From: the human T2T-CHM13v2.0 reference genome, Homo sapiens
DNA length: 64,000 bases
Assembly: GCF_009914755.1 (NCBI RefSeq)
Contig: NC_060940.1
Reading direction: 5' to 3' (one strand)
Shown here: one piece after another, positions 23,244 through 63,946 of the stretch
Numbering within the stretch: the stretch's first letter is position 1
Layout of the letters: each line of letters opens with the position of its first letter
Position numbers and translations under genes: made by a program
Notes under the pieces: model-generated
Seen by the model: only the letters and a program-made list of their open reading frames with translations
What the model was told of the DNA's origin: nothing
Database searches by the model: none

Positions 23244-24371
23244 TAAGCCGGGACGTGGACACACGTGATGGTGTGGAGAGAGCCACAGGGCTTTTGTTAA
23301 ACGTGGATTCGAATTCCCACCGTGCTCCCTCTCTGTGACCTTGAACAACTCACTTTGCCTTTCTAAGACTTAGCTTACCCATCTGGACAATGGGTGCAGA
23401 TACACCTGCTTAGGCTGTCGTGAGAAGCAGACACACATGCCTAGCACAGAGGGTTCCCTGGGATTGTAAGTTACAGCAGCCTTGGACAGCTAGACTTAGA
23501 CAATACAGGAGATTCTTGGCTTGCGTAACTGGGAAGTTCTACTTTCAGGTGCGGTGTGATCCAGGGACTCTGCCGTCAGAACTTTCTTCATATTTTCTTT
23601 GTTTCACTTTCTCCTGGTCTGCTTTATCCTCACGCATCCTCTCCCCTTGTGATGGTAAATGGTCCCAACAGCTCCCACTGTGTATCCCACTGTTAGGAGA
23701 ACTGCCTGCTTCTTATTGACCCAGATTGGGTCCTGTGCCCTCTGTGAGGCAATCACTATGCCTTCAGACACTGAGTGTGCTGATTGGCCAGTCTCAGTCA
23801 GGGGCTGTGATGCTGCTGAACTCCAGTGCCCCTCAGCTGCCCAGCTCACCCTTTCTTGCCAGCTTTCTATCTGGCACCCCACACCCTACAGTCCTTACCT
23901 TTCCAAAGCACATGATGTCTAGGAAATTGACCTTATCCCCAGGCAACTTGTCAAGCACCTCTCATTTTGTTCTGACCAGAGGCCTTGATCAACAGCTTTT
24001 TAGGCCCCCTTAAGGAATCCGCAAAACACAGGGGTGATGGGACCCTTTTAGAGGTTTAGCTCATGCCTGGGTAGCCAAATCACTGCTGTGTTTTATGATG
24101 AAGGAGAGAAACTCTCCAGAGAAAACAATCTGTAGAAGGCCTGCATTGAAAATTCATGGGGGTACTGCATGCTTAGGAAGTTCTTCCTTATGTCTAACTT
24201 AAATCCTGCCTGCTTCAATTGTAGCTGTTCTGTCTTGTTGAGCTGCACAACTAATCTGTATCTGTGTCCCTTTCCTGACCCAGTGGTTTTCCTGTTCAGT
24301 TACCTTCCCCCCATGAGCCCCCAGAACCTTTCTCTAACCCTTTTCTCTCATCAGCCTGTAAGAATATTTCA

Positions 24372-24423
24372 GTCTCACGTGGACAGTGGCAGGTACTGTC
24401 TCACGTGGACAGTGGCAGGTATT
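24372..24423. repeat. 26-bp tandem duplication containing CACGTG
   Basis: gtctcacgtggacagtggcaggtact / gtctcacgtggacagtggcaggtatt. Confidence 0.9.
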
Positions 24424-24606
24424 GTTTCACTGGGCTTCCTGCCCACTCAGGCCCCATAATCCTTTCCCCTCCCAGCACAGGAACAAAAAGCCTGATGAGT
24501 GTCACCATGCAGCAGTGTCATAAGAATGAAACAATCAGTGACAGCAACGACTATCAGCATTTCCACTAATACTCTGAAATCAGAAAGGTGGCAGTTAAAA
24601 AGCACA

Positions 24607-29790
<5,184 letters not shown>

Positions 29791-30211
29791 GTCAAGTTAG
29801 ACTCTTAAAAAGCGTCATATATCTTTTTATCTTCGCGTCCACCGTAACTGTAATCAAGTAGTTTTCCGTCACCTGAGGGACTTCCACTCTTTGGAAGCAG
29901 GGGTTTTGATCACCGCTGTAGGCATTGAGTTAATAGCTAGCTACTAAGTAAATAACTGTAATCTTATCAACGAGGATATCAACTCTTTGACTCCTGATAT
30001 TGGAGTCAGTGATTCACCTGCTGTGGGTTCTGATCCCAGCCCTGGCATCTGTTGTCCTTTGTGAGTCAGTTTCCCTCTTGCCAAAGCAATAGTTGTGATG
30101 AAAATGACTTGTGAAGTGAGGCCCTCCTAGCAGGCGGGTGGGCCAGCTGTTGTCTCGTTGATCAGATCTGTCTGTGTGTCTGTCTCACCTCGTTCTCCAT
30201 TTGCAACTTAG

Positions 30212-30850
<639 letters not shown>

Positions 30851-30916
30851 TATGTTCACAGTCCCTGTCAAGATAGCCATAATACTGAAAATAGCACAAT
30901 AGCTAACACTTACTGA

Positions 30917-31767
<851 letters not shown>

Positions 31768-32249
31768 ATAACTTGAGTATTTTCTGTATGTTGGGAACTA
31801 TGCTAAACATTTTACACGTAATTCTTCCCCACAGCAAGCCCATGGGTGGAATTTGTTGTTATACCTAGGTAATCATTGAGGAAAAAGGAGGCACAGAGAG
31901 GCCAAGTGACTTACCTGAGGCCACACAGCCACAGAGCTGCAGAGAGCATGGTTCCTGTGTCCATGTTGTTACCTGCTCATTTTGTCATCTCTAAAAGGGC
32001 CATTCTCTGCCTCTCACCACTGCAGACCCTCTCTCCTGCTGTGCTCCATCTCCCAGGTTTTCCTGCTGCTTCACAGCAACCCCCAGCCCCTGCCCACCTC
32101 CACACCTTGGTCTGAGCCTTCAAGGCCTGGGGTGCCTCCCCTGCTGCTTGCCTGGCCACTTTGCTCTGGCACCCCATGGTGGTCGTCTGGTGTGTCCCCT
32201 CTTGGAAGACCAAGAGTGCAAAGCACTGGCCCATTTCTGTTTTTAGTTA

Positions 32250-32516
<267 letters not shown>

Positions 32517-33616
32517 TTAGGGGGCTGAGGTGAGAGGATTGCTTGAACCTGGGAAGCGGAGATTACAGTGAGCTGAGATTGTGCCACTGCACTCCAGCCT
32601 GGGCGACAGAGTGAGATTCTGTCTCCAAAAACAAAAAGAAGGCACGTGGCTGCCAGGACCCCACCTCAGTGCATGGGAGTCAGGGCAGGCATCTCAGGAG
32701 GGACTGGGCAGTAACCTGTGATTTCCAGCCAAATAGGGAAACGACGTTGGCTTATCTGTCATGGTGGGAGCTGGCGCTGCTGCTGGTCCATGCATTGTCC
32801 TTCCTCCTGGTGACTGGGATGTGGGCTGGATTTCAGCATCCCCAGGCCGGAGCCTTGCTTCACCTATATGTGGCTTTGCCAGACAGTGACAGATCCAGAG
32901 TAAGCTGGCAAACATGGCAGCTGTCACCAACAGCAGCAGTAACAATAATATGACCACGTCCACCAGCGCCTTCCATGAGACTAAGGGATCACGGCCTTCC
33001 CACTGGTCAACATGATTTGGTGCCGTCAGCCATCCTTTGCTGAGCACTTGCTGTGCACCACGTGCCCTGCTCAGCACCTCACGGGAGATTCAGGTTTTCT
33101 CTTTTGCCCAGTTGACAGGTGGGGCTAAACCCTGTGCCTGTGATCCCATCCTTGGTGGTGGTGGAGCTGGGGCCTGGCTCCAGGTTTGTGCAGGCGTGAC
33201 CTCATGCCTTCAGCATCAAACTTAAAGAAGAGGAGGTGGGTGCAGCTCTGCAGGGCCTTCACCCAGGACCTGCTGTGTCCTGAGCAGGCTCTATGCCTTT
33301 CTTTCTTTCTTGTTTAAAGAGACAGGGTCTCATTCTGTCGCCCAGGCTGGAGTGCAGTGGCCCAGCCATAGCTCGTTGCAGCCTGGAACTCCTGGGCTCA
33401 AGCCATCTTCCCACTCAGCCTCCTGAATAGCTGGAACTACAGGCGCACATCAGCAGGCTTGGCTAATTTTTTCTTTTCTTTTCTTTTTTTGTAGAGACAG
33501 GGTCTCCCTATATTGCTCAGGCTGGTCTCAAACCCCTGGTCTCAAGCAGTCCTTCCACCTTGGCCTCCCAAAGTTCTGGGATCACACCACACTCGGCCTG
33601 CTTCTACGTATTGTGA

Positions 33617-34042
<426 letters not shown>

Positions 34043-34317
34043 TAAATTCATTGCCTCTCCATGGCCAAGGGAGGCCTCTCTTCCTGATTAAGTCACAGGG
34101 CTGGCTTCTTAGCGGGGAATCCCACCCCAAGACATTGCCTGTGACCTAGCAGGCTGCATTTTCTTACTTGCAGAGGTGTCTGTGGGTAGAGGGGTCGGAA
34201 AATTGCCACAACACCTTAACATAATAGGAAATAGTTCCTGTGTTCTTTTTATAGGGCAGTTGTGGTAATGGGTACACACTGGCTCTTTTTTTTCTCCCCC
34301 TGATTTTATTTTTTTGA

Positions 34318-34536
<219 letters not shown>

Positions 34537-34954
34537 TGATCTGCCCGCCTGGGTCTCCTGCAATGCTGGGATTACAGGCGTGAGCCACCACACCCGGCTG
34601 TTTCTGCTGATTTTAAAACTAACACATCCCCATGGGGGGCATATAGATTAAGAAAAACATGAAAAAGAAAAATGGAAGCAGTTACACACATTCCACTGGT
34701 TAGAGGTTTTGTATTTTTTTCAAGTCTTTTTGCTCTGTGTATAAACTTTTTAAATAGGGTTATCTTGTTCCACGTATATATACAGGAAACATCGTGCTAC
34801 ATGACCTCTTGTAATCGTTCCCATACATACCACTAACATTCTGTGTAAACATATTTTAAAATAGTACAAAACATTTTTGAAAATTACTAAGTAATACATG
34901 CCCATTGTAACAAAATTGAAAAGTACAAGAATATGGATACCTTCTTATAATATA

Positions 34955-34992
34955 TGTGTGTATGCGTGTGTGTGTGTGTGTGTGTGTGTGTG
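34955..34992. repeat. (TG)n microsatellite
   Basis: tgtgtgtatgcgtgtgtgtg... run. Confidence 0.9.
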
Positions 34993-35053
34993 CATGTATA
35001 TAAAGTAAATAAAGCTGGGCACGGTGAGTAATCCCAACACTTTTGGAGGCCTA

Positions 35054-35345
<292 letters not shown>

Positions 35346-35629
35346 TTAATTCTTCTCTTAGAGAGCAAGGGTTAGCAAATCTGGCCCACTGCCTGCTTTT
35401 TATATGGCTCTTGAGCTAAGAATGATGTGTGTATTTTTAAATAGAAGAAATCTAAACAGGAAGAATATTTTATGACATTTGAAAATCGTATTAAATTTAG
35501 ATATCAGTGTCTATAAATAAAACTTTATTGGAACATGGCCAATGTATTTTTTTTCTTTTTTTTTTCTGCAGACAGGGTTTTCCTCTGTTGTCCAGGCTGG
35601 AGTGCAGTGCCACAGTCATGGCATGGTAG

Positions 35630-35857
<228 letters not shown>

Positions 35858-36179
35858 TAAAGCATCGTCTACAGCTGCTTCAACTCGGCAGGGCTGAGTT
35901 GGTGCCATGGCAACTGTAAGATCCATAAAGCTGAAAAGATTGACCGTTAGCTGTTTAAGGAAACATATGCTGACTTCTATTAATAGTTTGATGAATGTCT
36001 TCCCAAACTTTCAGATTTGCAGATAAAATATATGCATGTGCATATTTTGTAGTGGTTTTGGGGGTGGCTGACAGCGGGAGTTGTTTTAGAAAAAAATTAA
36101 GCCAGAGCTGGGCACGGTAGCGCATGCCTGTAGTCCCAGCACTTTTGTAAGCCAAGGGCGAATGGATCGCTTCAGTTCA

Positions 36180-36823
<644 letters not shown>

Positions 36824-37195
36824 TCAGGTTTTTGTTAAAAAATAACCTTCCCCATTACCTTTGTTAAAATTGCAAAACCCGCACACTTGGTACACCCGTT
36901 CCCCTTTTTGCTGTGTTTTTGCCATTCAGCAAGCACTATTCTACTAGTGTTCGTTTCTCCTGCGGCCCTGGAATCTGGGGCAGGGGTCTTTGTTTCCTTC
37001 CCCTTCCCCAGCTTTTAGCTCAGCACCTGAGGCGTGGCAGGCCCTTTGCACATGCATGTTACAGGACCGTGTGCACAGGTTCAGCTGCTCCTGGATGCTG
37101 TTATCGCGGGTGCATGTCCCACCTTCAGACCTGAGTTTTGCCCACCAGGTGTTCGTCGGCTCATTCCTCCTTTAGTCTTCACTCTGCCAAGCTAG

Positions 37196-37498
<303 letters not shown>

Positions 37499-37985
37499 TG
37501 AGGTTGCCACCAGCCACTTGGGGAAGGCGGCTCCTCAGGGCATGAGGGTGGGAGCTGGATGGAGCCCCCTAAAGAAGCAATGTGGAAAACCACCTTAGTC
37601 CCTGCAGCGCTGAACTGGGAGAGAGTCTCGGTGCTTTATGGCCAGGGGATGGGAGCACCAGGCTTCAGCTCAGCTGACCTCAGGGCAGGGTCTAGCGCCT
37701 TCCTGGAACATGACCTTGGACCTGATGAGTTTCAGGGTCCTTATGGCAAAAATGGGAATGATGGTAATTAAAGTCCTGGCTCTCGGGGCTGAGAGAAACT
37801 GAGGACATACGTGACACAAGAGATGTGAGGGTTGTGAGGTGAAGCACGGAGTTAAGCAGGCAGGCTCGGGTTGGTGACGTCTGGGTTCAATCCCCGGCCG
37901 CTCATCTCCCCAGCTATGTGACCTGAGGCCTGCCCTTCAGACCCATCTGAGCTTCACTTTCCTCCCTCATAAAGCAGTTCAGCAG

Positions 37986-39835
<1,850 letters not shown>

Positions 39836-40820
39836 TACAGTTGGATTTTTGTTTCTTGCCAGTGCATGATAGCTGACATTCCCTTCAGCTTTTAAATTAT
39901 TTGATTAGACTGAATTTCTGCATGTTCATTCCCTTGTGGTTGGGAAGTTCTACCTTGAGTCTAGCCTGTTTCTTCTTGCTGCAGAATCCCCCTTTGTCTA
40001 TCTCTCAGCCCGAGCAATGCATTGTGGCAACTTCTCGGTGACTTTTTCACTGACCTGCTTGGCAGGCTACTTTTAGGTGACAATACCCTTTGTGCTCTCT
40101 AAATCAAAATGTGTGGGTTTAGCTGAATCTTTTGCCCAGCGTGAGGTCTGTCTCTCTATCCTTCCGTCCAGGTGAGCAAAAAATGTCCTTAAACTCTCTT
40201 GGCCCCAGATAGGTTCCGCACCCCCGCCTTTCTTTCCCAGCTGCTAGAGTATCCAAGCAGTGTATACAGAACATGGAAGGCTGCCAGATGCTTTGTGATT
40301 TTTGTACACATCAGCACTTAATTTGGTGATGCAAATGCCGCCCACCATCCTGGCACCTCGTGCGTTCATTTTCCCAGTTTGACCTCCCTACCTCCTGCCT
40401 TTGAGGTTACATAGAAGTCCTTGGCAGTGGGTCTTACATCAAACTGGGGCACCCCCCTCTCTCACCACCCACCCTTTTCCATTGCTCTGGAGGGGCCCTG
40501 GCTATAAAGTCTTGACATCAGGGTCTGGTCTTGCCCAGCCTTAGCCAACTCGAAGCGCCAATGACCTTGGGTTTGTTTAAACCACATTTTTGGCTCTTCC
40601 TAAAGGGGAACTTTTTTCCTTGTTGGATTAATCAGCTCTTTTTTTTAGAACACCCAGGCTGAAGGGGTGCAGGTGTTGGTATTTGGTTTGGGAGAATCCT
40701 TGAGGGGGGATGGGCAGGAACCAGGCTTGTGAATGGGGCCATACCGACCTCTCTCCCGGGATATTCAGTTTACTGATTTCTAAGAAATATATCTTTTTTA
40801 CTGTTTGTCTCCCTCTCTCC

Positions 40821-42085
<1,265 letters not shown>

Positions 42086-42190
42086 CAAATTTTTAAGGGA
42101 TTTAAAAAAATGGCTCATTAACCTTCATACCTGGAAGGTAAAACACATCTTCATGACTCTGGTTTCTTTCTTAGGAACCTAATACCTAGA

Positions 42191-42428
42191 GCAGTGGTTT
42201 TCCATCAGGGGCAAATTGCCCCCACCCTGGGGACAGTTGGCAATGTTTGGAGACATGTTGGGATGTCAAAACTGGAGTGGGGTTTGCCCCTGGCAGGCAA
42301 GCAGGGTAGAGGCCAGCGATGTCGCTAAACATCCTACAGCACTCAAGACGAATTCCCCCTTACCCTGCCCCCCGTGACAGGGAATCCCCTCGCCAGGACA
42401 TCCAAAGCACCATGAGCAAGAAACCCTG
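42191..42428. mobile_element. MER20 hAT relic
   Basis: cagtggttttcc...ggggacagttggcaatgtttggagacat...gggtagaggccag.gatg..gctaaacatcctacag. Confidence 0.7.
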
Positions 42429-42539
42429 TGTGCTCCGACTTCACACTGCTGAATTCTTCCCTTGTCCTCTTGGGAGAAGGATCTTTATTCCAACAATGTG
42501 GCCATTTTTCTCTTTTAAAAAATTTTATTTATATATTTT

Positions 42540-48170
<5,631 letters not shown>

Positions 48171-49413
48171 CGGCCACCTGCTCATTTATAAAGCCCCCCG
48201 TGACTCATTTACAACCAAGACTGAGAATTCCTGGCATGGAGTGCCTCCCTCTGTCCAGGAATGATCTGCAGCCCCCTCTTCCCTTCCAGGTGTGTCTGTG
48301 TCTCCCTGTGGCTGTTTCTGCAAGATTTTGCATTTTTGAGCTCTGCTTTTATTCATGTCATCACCCGAGCATGTTCCCAGGGTCACCCTGACCATGCTGC
48401 TGGCTGCGTATTTATCCCTTTTGTATCTTCTGTCCTGGGTCCTCTCCCACCTTCTCTGGGGTCAGCCCTGTGGTGCCTTACATTGTGCTGCTTTCTCTCC
48501 TGGCACCAAAGAATGAGGCAGTCAGTGCGGAGTGGGGGCAGTAGTCATCATCATCACTGAGTTATTGTGAACCGGGAAAGAGATATGATCTGTGTTGACA
48601 CGACACACGGTGCCCGAGTGCACTTGATAAATGTTGGCTGTCATTGTCATTGTTGATGTTCCGGTGATTATTGTTGATGCTGGGTGGATTCTTCCTGGGA
48701 TCAGGGCAGATATCCAGCTGCTGTGTCCCTTGGTGTCCTTATCAGTGTCCTTCCTAATTCTGCAACCAAGGCATCTGCCAGGGCTGGGGTCTCATCTGAA
48801 GACTCAATCAGGGAAGGGTCCACTTTGAAGCTCACCTGGTTGTTGGCAGAACTTGGTTCCCCAGTTCAAATGTTGAAATGCTTTATTACTGTGGAAACAG
48901 CCACTGCCCCAGGTACCTTTTACCCTGAACTCTTGGGACCTCTCTGTGGTCTAGGAACTGAAGGGTTAACTCCTGGCACTACAGGGGTCTCCGGGCCTCT
49001 GCCTGTTGGCTGATGGCCTTGTCAAATTGGTTATCTATTTTGAATATCACTTCTTTCAATGCTTGGGAATCACGGGGCTATGCCCTTTCCCTCATGCGTT
49101 TCCTTGCATCCTGGTCCTAGGAAGTGAGCTTAACATAGCAGGGCTACTGTTTTCTGGGCTGGGTTTTACCCATTGCTGCTGGCACAGGATGCTGGCTCAG
49201 GCCCAGTGCCCTCAGTGGATGGAGCCTTCTGCACAGTTGCAAAGCACTGTCCCTACCCCAAGGGACTGAGCTCCAGATACCACCTGCCCCACAACCAGAC
49301 AGCCTGTTCATGGCCTCTGCAGAGCAGGTCTCCTACTTTCTGATCATCCTGGCGGCCAGGTGCTCTGTGGTCTCCTCACTGAAGTGGCCGGTTTTTGTTG
49401 CCCTTGGTTTTAG

Positions 49414-49554
<141 letters not shown>

Positions 49555-49903
49555 TAAGGGCGGGGAGGAAGGCCCCAACCTAAGGACCCTGCCCTGCCAG
49601 TGGGAGGACAAGAGGAGGAACAAAAAAAGGCCTCAGCCCCCTGAGGTCCTGGAAGGCCTGGGCTTTTACCTTCCCTCCCAAATCCTCCAAGGACCTTGCT
49701 TTTCAGAGTACAGAGGCCCAAAGAAGGAATGTGGCACTCTTTTTGCCAGGTGGCACAACTCACACAGGCCTCATGATTTAACCAGCTGTCCACGCTTCTG
49801 ACACTCGGGCTCCCTACGTGGTGTGGGTCTTTGCTCAGGTCTCTTGGCGGGGCCTGGAAGGTTCAGGCTTTGTGAAGCAGCATTTGATTTAAAACTGTCT
49901 CAA

Positions 49904-50544
<641 letters not shown>

Positions 50545-50653
50545 CTACAGGGGTCAGGAGAGAGCAAAGACCATGCGGCATAGCACGGTGCCTGGAACAG
50601 ACAAACACTTCGTAGATGTCGCTTTTGCCATGGTTATCATCCGGACATGGTTA

Positions 50654-52027
50654 TGGTCCGGAATTGGTGGGTCTTGGTCTCACTGACTTCAAGAATGAAG
50701 CCGCAGACCCTCACGGTGAGTGTTACAGTTCTTAAAGGTGGCACGTCTGGGGTTTGTTCCTTCTGCTGTTCGGATGTGTTCGGAGTTTCTTCCTTCTGGT
50801 GGGTTCGTGGTCTCGCTGGCCTCAGGAGTGAAGCTGCAGACCTTCGCGGTAAGTGTTACAGCTCTTAAGGTGGCGTGTCTGGAGTCGTTCGTTCCTCCCG
50901 CTGGGTTTGTGCTCTGGCTGGCTTCAGGAGTGAAGCTGTAGACCTTGATGGTGAGTGTTACAGCTCACAAAGGCAATGTGGACCCAAACACTGAGCAGCA
51001 GAAAGATTTATCGCAAAGAGTGAAACAATAAAGCTTCCACAGTTTGGAAGGGTACCCCAGTAGGTGGCCACTGCTGGCTCTGGCAGCCAGCTTTTATTCT
51101 CTTATCTGGCCCTACCCACATCCTGCTGATTGGTCCATTTTACAGAGAGCCGATTGGTCTGTTTTTACAGAGTGTTGATTGGTCCGTTTTGACAGGGTGC
51201 TGATTGGTGTGTTTACAACCCCTGAGCTAGATACATAAGTTCCCCACATCCCCACTAGATTAGCTAGATATAGAGTGTTGATTGGTGCATTCACAAACCC
51301 TGAGCTAGACACAGGGTGCTGATTGGTGTGTTTACAAACCTTGAGCTAGATACAGAGTGCTGATTGGTGTATTTACAATCCCTTAGCTAGACATAAAGGG
51401 CCTCCAAGTCAGCACCAGACTCAGGAGCCCAGCTGGCTTCACCAGGTGGATGCCACACTGGGGCTGCAGGTGGAGCTGCCTGCCAGTCCCGTGCCGTGCG
51501 CCCTCACTCCTCAGCCCTTGGGCGGTGGAAGGGACTGGGCGCCATGGAGCAGGGGCGGCACTCGTCCGGGAGGCTCGGGCCGCGCAGGAGCCCATAGCGG
51601 GGAGGTGGGGAGGCTCAGGCATGGCAGGCTGCAGGTCCCGAGCCCTGCCCCGCGGGGAGGCAGCTAAAGCCCGGTGAGAAATCAAGTGCAGCAGCTGCTG
51701 GCCCAGGTGCTAAGCCCCTCACTACCCGGGCTGGTGGGGCTGCCCGGCAGCTCTGAGTGCGGGGTCCACCGAGCCGACGCCCACCCAGAACTAGCGCTGG
51801 CCCGCAAGCGCCGTGTGCAGCTCCGGTTCCCTCCCGTTCCTCTCCCTCCACACCTCCCCGCAAGCTGAGGGAGCCGGCTCCAGCCTTGGCCAGCCCAGAA
51901 AGGGGCTCCCACAGTGCAGCGGCGGGCTGAAGGGCTCCTCAAGCGCTGCCAGAGTGGGTGCCAAGGCCGAGGAGGCACAGAGAGCGAGCGAGGGCTGCGA
52001 GGGCTGCCAGCACGCTGTCACTTCTCA
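50654..52027 (-). mobile_element. Solo LTR12C (HERV9 LTR), antisense to ABCC1
   Basis: Minus-strand start TGAGAAGTGACAGCGTGCTGGCAG and end ACCAATTCCGGAC; GC/CpG-rich U3, tandem CCAAT repeats, AATAAA TATA-like box, repeated U5 blocks. Confidence 0.93.
51093..51385 (-). promoter_or_regulatory. LTR12C core promoter/enhancer: 7 CCAAT (NF-Y) boxes, GATA site, AATAAA TATA-like box
   Basis: gattgg on + at ~51128, 51152, 51177, 51202, 51280, 51321, 51362; ttatct 51102; tttatt 51093-51098. Confidence 0.8.
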
Positions 52028-52531
52028 ATCTTACACAGCCTAAATTCTAGTGGGAGACTCCAGACAGTGCATGAGTGTAGAAGGATGTAAGATTTTCTGT
52101 CGAGGTGTGTGGATGTGTGAAGTCCTAGGTCATGAAGCAGGAAGCCCCAGCTCCCCATTTGAATTCTAGATTCCATCCAGAGTTGGTTCCAATTGCTCCC
52201 TCTGCCACTCCCTGAAAACTCACTCTTGCTTTCGGATTTGAGGGCCACTTCCACCTCACTAGGCCTTAACTAAAGACCTTTGCACAGATCTCATGGGTAA
52301 GGAAAGTTTACCCAATCCCAGGCGCTAATTCAAAGAGGGGAGGTGGTGGAGGTTTATTCGGCCTTCAGGAAGTGTTTTCAGGGGACACAGTTCTGGGGGT
52401 GCAGGGATGACTCATATGGGGCTCTTGACCTCAGTTAGCTTATAATCTTGTGCAGGAGATAAGTGGGTAGAGGAAAGTATAGAAATTTCCACGGCAGTGA
52501 GCCGCAGCTGTGTTTTGCATGGTCTCCATAA

Positions 52532-58024
<5,493 letters not shown>

Positions 58025-58121
58025 TCGACTTTGTTTACTGCTGACTTTGTTGAATAGCTAAAGGGGAGGGGTGTTCTACGTAGGAGCAAAGGCAGGCAGC
58101 TGGGTGGCGCGGTGCTGGTGA

Positions 58122-58553
<432 letters not shown>

Positions 58554-58901
58554 TAGTAGACACTCAGATATTTGTAGAGTGGGTGTTTGAGTGCTTTGTT
58601 CATATGGGCCTTGGTGGTAGACGGGAGGAGTGCTCCAGTGTGCCCATTTTACAGATGAGGACAGTTGAGAACAGAGGCCTCTGGAAGCACTGAGGGTTGG
58701 GAGGACCCCCTTGAGCATGTTTGCTTTGTCACAGTGACAGAGCTTCCATGAGGTCTCATTTGCGGACTTTTGCCTGCTGAGTGAGGGCGGAAATTGGCTT
58801 ATACTAGTAATTCCCAATTATGGGCAGTGTTGTCCCTCAGGGATGTTTGACAATATCTGGAGATGCTTTTGGTTGTCAAAAGATTGAGAAACCCTGCTGT
58901 T

Positions 58902-60512
<1,611 letters not shown>

Positions 60513-60589
60513 TTATTCGATTAGACTAGACACGTTTCAAGTGCTCAGTAGCCATCATTTCAGAAAATTATCTCAGCACTGTTCTAAAA

Positions 60590-60913
60590 CAGCGATCCCT
60601 AGCCTTTTTGGCACCAGGGACTGGTTTCATGGAAATGGTGGGTGGTGATTTCGGGATGAAACTGTTCCACCTTAGATCATCAGGCATTAGTTAGATTATC
60701 AGAAGAAGCGCACAGTCTAGGTCCCTTGCATGCACGGTTCACAATAGGGTTCGCACTGCTAGGAGGATCTAATGCCACCACTGAGCTCACAGGAGGCAGA
60801 GCTCAGGCGCTGATGCTCAGGAGGTGACCACCACTCACCTCCTGCTGTGGGGCCTGGTTCCTAACCGGTCATGAGCTGCTGCCAATCTGTGGCCCCGGGG
60901 TTGGGGACCCCTG
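60590..60913. mobile_element. MER1B (hAT-Charlie) with terminal inverted repeats and 8-bp TSD
   Basis: cagcgatccctagcc ... ggttggggacccctg; TSD ttctaaaa / gtctagaa. Confidence 0.8.
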
Positions 60914-61175
60914 GTCTAGAAGAATATGGCATGGGGATTAAGAGCAGGCTGTCTGGATTAAAATCCCAGTTCTGCTTCTGCTAGGCACAGTATACTAAGG
61001 GCAAAGGCGTTCACCTATCTGGACTTCAGTTTTCTTATCTGTAAGTTGGGTAGTAATAGAAGTTATTCAGAGTCATCATAAAAATCAGTTACATGTAAAA
61101 CCCAGCACAGTGCTTAGCACATAGGAAGTACCCTCTGAATAATAGCTGCCATTATCATCATCATTATTATTACTA

Positions 61176-63034
<1,859 letters not shown>

Positions 63035-63158
63035 CCTTTCATTCTTAAGTTGGCCTCATGGTCCAAGGTGGCTGCTGGAGCTCCAGCCATTATATCTATA
63101 TTTCAGTCAGTGAGATCAAGGAAGGGAAGTAGGGCAAGGGAGCATATGGGTGCTGAAT

Positions 63159-63945
<787 letters not shown>

Positions 63946-63946
63946 A

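Noticed and set aside
33038-33078. 9-bp inverted repeat tgctgagca...tgctcagca
   Set aside because: Short stem in a degenerate MIR-like region; too weak for a structured RNA or miRNA call
40200-40760. Possible internal promoter (tataaa at ~40503, GC-box-like motif)
   Set aside because: Isolated short motifs without a CpG island; cannot be supported from sequence alone
51120-51400. Regularly spaced ~25-40 bp repeats resembling a CRISPR array
   Set aside because: These are the known CCAAT-containing U3 tandem repeats of LTR12; there are no unique spacers and the context is eukaryotic
51383-52043. Cluster of GC-rich ORFs and CpG-island-like sequence suggesting a nested gene
   Set aside because: Entirely within the LTR12C U3 region
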